Shown here in pieces: positions 60,979 to 64,000 of a DNA stretch of 64,000 bases (positions are counted from its first letter, which is position 1; each line of letters opens with the position of its first letter). Source of the stretch: Longimicrobiales bacterium (GTDB lineage Bacteria; Gemmatimonadota; Gemmatimonadetes; Longimicrobiales; Gaopeijiaceae); the NCBI GenBank assembly GCA_965248195.1, contig CBDFIQ010000002.1, positions 1,184,001 to 1,248,000 on the forward strand, given 5' to 3'. Below the pieces are notes generated by a model. It saw nothing but the letters and a program-made list of their open reading frames with translations, did not search any database and was not told the origin of the DNA. A program made the translations under genes and the position numbers.

Positions 60979-61950
60979 ATGTTTGCGATGAAAAAAAAGA
61001 TGCTATTGATCTGCGCCCTGGGTGCCGTGTTGATGGATTGGGCCCATGTGCCTCACTTCGGCGAGGAGGTCGAGGCTAAATGGTCTCCGGCCGAGGTCGT
61101 TCCGACGGCGCTGGCCGACATGGAGCGTGACTTGGCCGAAGCTCAGCTTCCGATCGAGGTGAACGAGCGCGTCGAGCAGTGGATGGTACGGTTCTCCACC
61201 TTGAACAGGCCCGAGTTCGAACGGACGCTTTCCCGGGCCGGACTCTACTCAGACATGATCCGGGGTAAGCTCCGCGCTCGCGGAATGCCCGAGGAGTTGG
61301 TTTACCTCGCCATGATCGAGTCCGGGTTTCTCACCCACGCTCGATCGCCTGTCTCGGCGACCGGCATGTGGCAGTTCATGGATCCCACAGCGAGAGCATA
61401 CGGGCTACGCATCGACGCCTATGTGGATGAACGGCGGGATCCGGTGAAGGCCACGGACGCCGCTCTCGATTATCTCAGTGATCTCCACCAGCGGTACGGC
61501 TCATGGTATCTGGCTGCCGCCGCCTATAACGCCGGTCCAACACGGGTGTCACTTGCCGTCGCACGCCATTCGGACGGGCGGGCCGGGGATGAGAGCCTCT
61601 ATTGGGAGATCGTCGATCATCTTCCCAAAGAGACCGCCCAGTATGTGCCGAAACTGCTCGCGGCCACCTACCTGGCGCGTTATGCCGTGCGTTTCGACTT
61701 GGATGTAACCCTGGCGGATCCGTACGTGTACGACCTGTTGTGGGCCCCTGGTGCGACATCGTTGGCAGACGTCGGGAAGACGATGGGGCTGTCGGACGAT
61801 CGAATGCGGGAGCTCAATCCGCAGCTCATCCGCGGCCTCACACCGCCCGATTCTGTCTATCCGCTACGGGTTCCCGTCGGGCAGGCCTACCAGGCGATGG
61901 CCGCCCTGGCCGCCCCCGACGAAGGCCGGGGTCGTCGGGCGGACGACTAG
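60979..61950 (+). CDS. Lytic transglycosylase (MltD-like, LysM-like tail)
   Basis: LAMIESGF, ATGMWQFM, VDERRDP, AAYNAG, ETAQYVPK, ELNP. Confidence 0.92.
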   Translation: MFAMKKKMLLICALGAVLMDWAHVPHFGEEVEAKWSPAEVVPTALADMERDLAEAQLPIEVNERVEQWMVRFSTLNRPEFERTLSRAGLYSDMIRGKLRARGMPEELVYLAMIESGFLTHARSPVSATGMWQFMDPTARAYGLRIDAYVDERRDPVKATDAALDYLSDLHQRYGSWYLAAAAYNAGPTRVSLAVARHSDGRAGDESLYWEIVDHLPKETAQYVPKLLAATYLARYAVRFDLDVTLADPYVYDLLWAPGATSLADVGKTMGLSDDRMRELNPQLIRGLTPPDSVYPLRVPVGQAYQAMAALAAPDEGRGRRADD

Positions 61951-62261
61951 GAAGCTGAAGACCCGCGCTCGCCTTGTGTTTGGCGGGCGGAAGAGATAAT
62001 GCGCCAGATCACGTCCCGAGTGAGTTCTTCGTCCACTCCCAGGGCCCTCGATCGCTCCGCCACGCGTCGCACGACTCGGGCCTCGCGTGCTGGATCGAGG
62101 ATCGGGAGGCCGAGCGATTCTTTCATGCGCCCGATTTCCAGGGCCAAGTCGCGGCGTTCCCCGATCAGCTTAATTATCTCATCGTCGACCGCGATGATAC
62201 GGTCCCTCAACTCCTCGAGTCGTTCCGAGGGCGGGGCGGTCGACTCGGGATCCTTACTCAT
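61947..62261 (-). CDS. Chorismate mutase type II (AroQ-like)
   Basis: LEELRDRIIAVDDEIIKLIGERRDLALEIGRMK, DPARE. Confidence 0.88.
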   Translation of the reverse strand: MSKDPESTAPPSERLEELRDRIIAVDDEIIKLIGERRDLALEIGRMKESLGLPILDPAREARVVRRVAERSRALGVDEELTRDVIWRIISSARQTQGERGSSAS

Positions 62262-63135
62262 CCGACGGGCCATCCTCACTCCAGGAGTAAAAACCCTCTC
62301 CGGATTTCTTGCCGAGTTTGCCTTCCGCGACCATCTGCTCGAGAAGTTGGGGTGGACGAAACGCCTCCGACCCTAACGCTCCGTAAAGGTACGTGGCGGC
62401 CTCCATCTGGACGTCAAGTCCGATCAGATCCGTGAGCCTGAGTGGCCCTTCCCGATGACCATACCCGAGCACCATCGCATCGTCGATGTCGGCCGGGCGA
62501 GTCACACCGGCTTCGACCATGCGGATCGCCTCCAAGCATAGAATCATCCCCAAACGCGAAGCCGCGAAGCCGGGCGAGTCCCGCACGAGGATCGGTTGTT
62601 TGCCGATGGACTGGACGAATTCGACGACCAATGCCCGAGTCACTTCGGACGTGTCCTCCCCCCAAACGACCTCCACGAGATCATTCTCGTGGACCGGATT
62701 GAAGAAATGGATCCCGAGGAAACGTGCTGGATGGTCCATGTCGCTCGCCAACTGGGAGATGCTGAGCGAGTCCGTGTTCGTGGCGAAAATGGTGTCTTCT
62801 CCGACCCTTTTGTCCAGGAGTCTGAACAAACCACGTTTGATATCCATCGATTCTGGAGCCGCTTCGATGATCAGTTGAGCGTCCTGCACCGCAAAAGCGA
62901 GGTCGGAGCTTCGCTGAATTCGGCTCAGAACCTCGTCCCGCTCCGCTTCGGTGAGTTTCCCCATGGAGACGACTTTATCGAGGTCCGTGCGGATCAGCTG
63001 GAGCCCCGTATCGACGGCGCCGAGGTCAACGTCGTACAGGACCGTCTCGGCGCCGGCCCTCGCACACACGTGTGCGATCCCGTGTCCCATGGTCCCCGCT
63101 CCCAGGACGGTGACACGTTGAAGGGGTAGCGTCAT
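62254..63135 (-). CDS. hbd: 3-hydroxyacyl (3-hydroxybutyryl)-CoA dehydrogenase
   Basis: GAGTMGHGIA, IEAAPE, GIHFFNP...LVEV, DLIGLD, LGKKSGEGFY. Confidence 0.85.
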   Translation of the reverse strand: MTLPLQRVTVLGAGTMGHGIAHVCARAGAETVLYDVDLGAVDTGLQLIRTDLDKVVSMGKLTEAERDEVLSRIQRSSDLAFAVQDAQLIIEAAPESMDIKRGLFRLLDKRVGEDTIFATNTDSLSISQLASDMDHPARFLGIHFFNPVHENDLVEVVWGEDTSEVTRALVVEFVQSIGKQPILVRDSPGFAASRLGMILCLEAIRMVEAGVTRPADIDDAMVLGYGHREGPLRLTDLIGLDVQMEAATYLYGALGSEAFRPPQLLEQMVAEGKLGKKSGEGFYSWSEDGPSDE

Positions 63136-63606
63136 CCGCACTCCGCGGGAATGATCCAGCCGGTGCATCCGACGACCTCACGCTCGGCAATGTCACAGAC
63201 GGCAAGGAGGGTCTCGGGCCCGTGAGTACAGTTCATGGCAGCCCCCAGGACGGGATCGGCGATCAGCATTCTTGAACCCAATTCATCTGCGGGGGGGGGG
63301 TCTCCATTTGAGAGGATTTTAGCTCGAATCGACCGATCGGTAAACCTGGCCCTCGGTAACGTCGACGCGTGGAAGGGGACACCCTTCCAGTCAAGAGCGT
63401 TCGTTCATGCCGACGCTCATGGCCGGTGCGAGAAGGTTCGCGGACTCCGGACCGTACTCCACGCAGTTGCCGGATTAGGCATCGCATCCCCTGGTGTGTG
63501 CTCTCGGGGCGACCCGTTATGGGGATGAGGTTACTGTTTAGACCCGGGTTCCGGTCGTACCTTTCAGTTGTCCGATACGAGGAGTGACCCCGAGGAGGGG
63601 AATGTT

Positions 63607-64000
63607 ATGCCGCGGAATTTCATGACTGCCGTCGCCGTGCTGTTCGGGGGACTTCTGGGCTGGCCGTCGGGTGCCCGTGCACAGGATGCCCCATTGGTGT
63701 TCAGGGTACCCGTGACTGGGGTGGTGGAAATGGGGCTCGCCCCATTCATCGAGCGAGCAATCCGTGAGGCTGAGGATGCCGGCGTGAGCGTCGTCGTTCT
63801 CGACATCGATACGCCCGGTGGACGCGTCGATTCGGCGGAGCGCATCGCCGACGCGATCTCGGACTCGGGCGTGCCGGTCTATGCCTTCGTGAACCGCCGA
63901 GCTTTTTCGGCGGGCGCTTTGATTTCTTTGGCGACGCGGGGCATCTACATGAGGCCCGGGTCGGTCATCGGCGCGGCGACGCCGGTCGATGGTTCCGGTA
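63607..64000 (+). CDS. nfeD: NfeD family membrane-bound serine protease (ClpP class), N-terminal part
   Basis: Not in the ORF track (runs off the window end); signal peptide, LDIDTPGG, AFSAGALISLA, IYMRPGSVIGAATPV; GAGGAGG SD. Confidence 0.88.
   Translation, partial: MPRNFMTAVAVLFGGLLGWPSGARAQDAPLVFRVPVTGVVEMGLAPFIERAIREAEDAGVSVVVLDIDTPGGRVDSAERIADAISDSGVPVYAFVNRRAFSAGALISLATRGIYMRPGSVIGAATPVDGSG

Overview
High-GC (roughly 64% by eye) bacterial chromosome segment made mostly of core genes. Gene content and order suggest Gemmatimonadota, but that is inference, not verified. It carries the 3' part of asnS, mazG, an alr-lipoprotein-OM barrel-mtaB-miaB-lapA-comEC run, fbp, a purB-purC-psd-pssA-purS-purQ-purL-purF cluster, and a trp cluster interrupted by lexA and by a HEAT-repeat/HD-GYP pair. 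Further on are rqcH, lepB, rlmN, aspS-phoH-7TM-HD-ybeY-mgtE-aarF-meaB, a split B12-dependent acyl-CoA mutase, recQ, rne/rng, rplU-rpmA and the start of nfeD. I recognised no tRNA, rRNA, CRISPR, prophage or transposase. Most notable: (1) a ~303-bp element with terminal inverted repeats holding two head-to-head structured modules, plus 4-5 partial copies often abutting TAG stop codons; (2) HEAT-repeat and atypical HD-GYP proteins sharing a homologous N-terminal domain, inside the trp operon; (3) a direct-repeat LexA operator (TTCGGG-N5-TTCGGG, twice) overlying a clear lexA promoter; (4) a frameshifted trpB; (5) a (GTGGAC)17+ in-frame repeat in mtaB; (6) isobutyryl-CoA-mutase signature residues in the mutase; (7) an acyl-CoA dehydrogenase remnant upstream of rne/rng.
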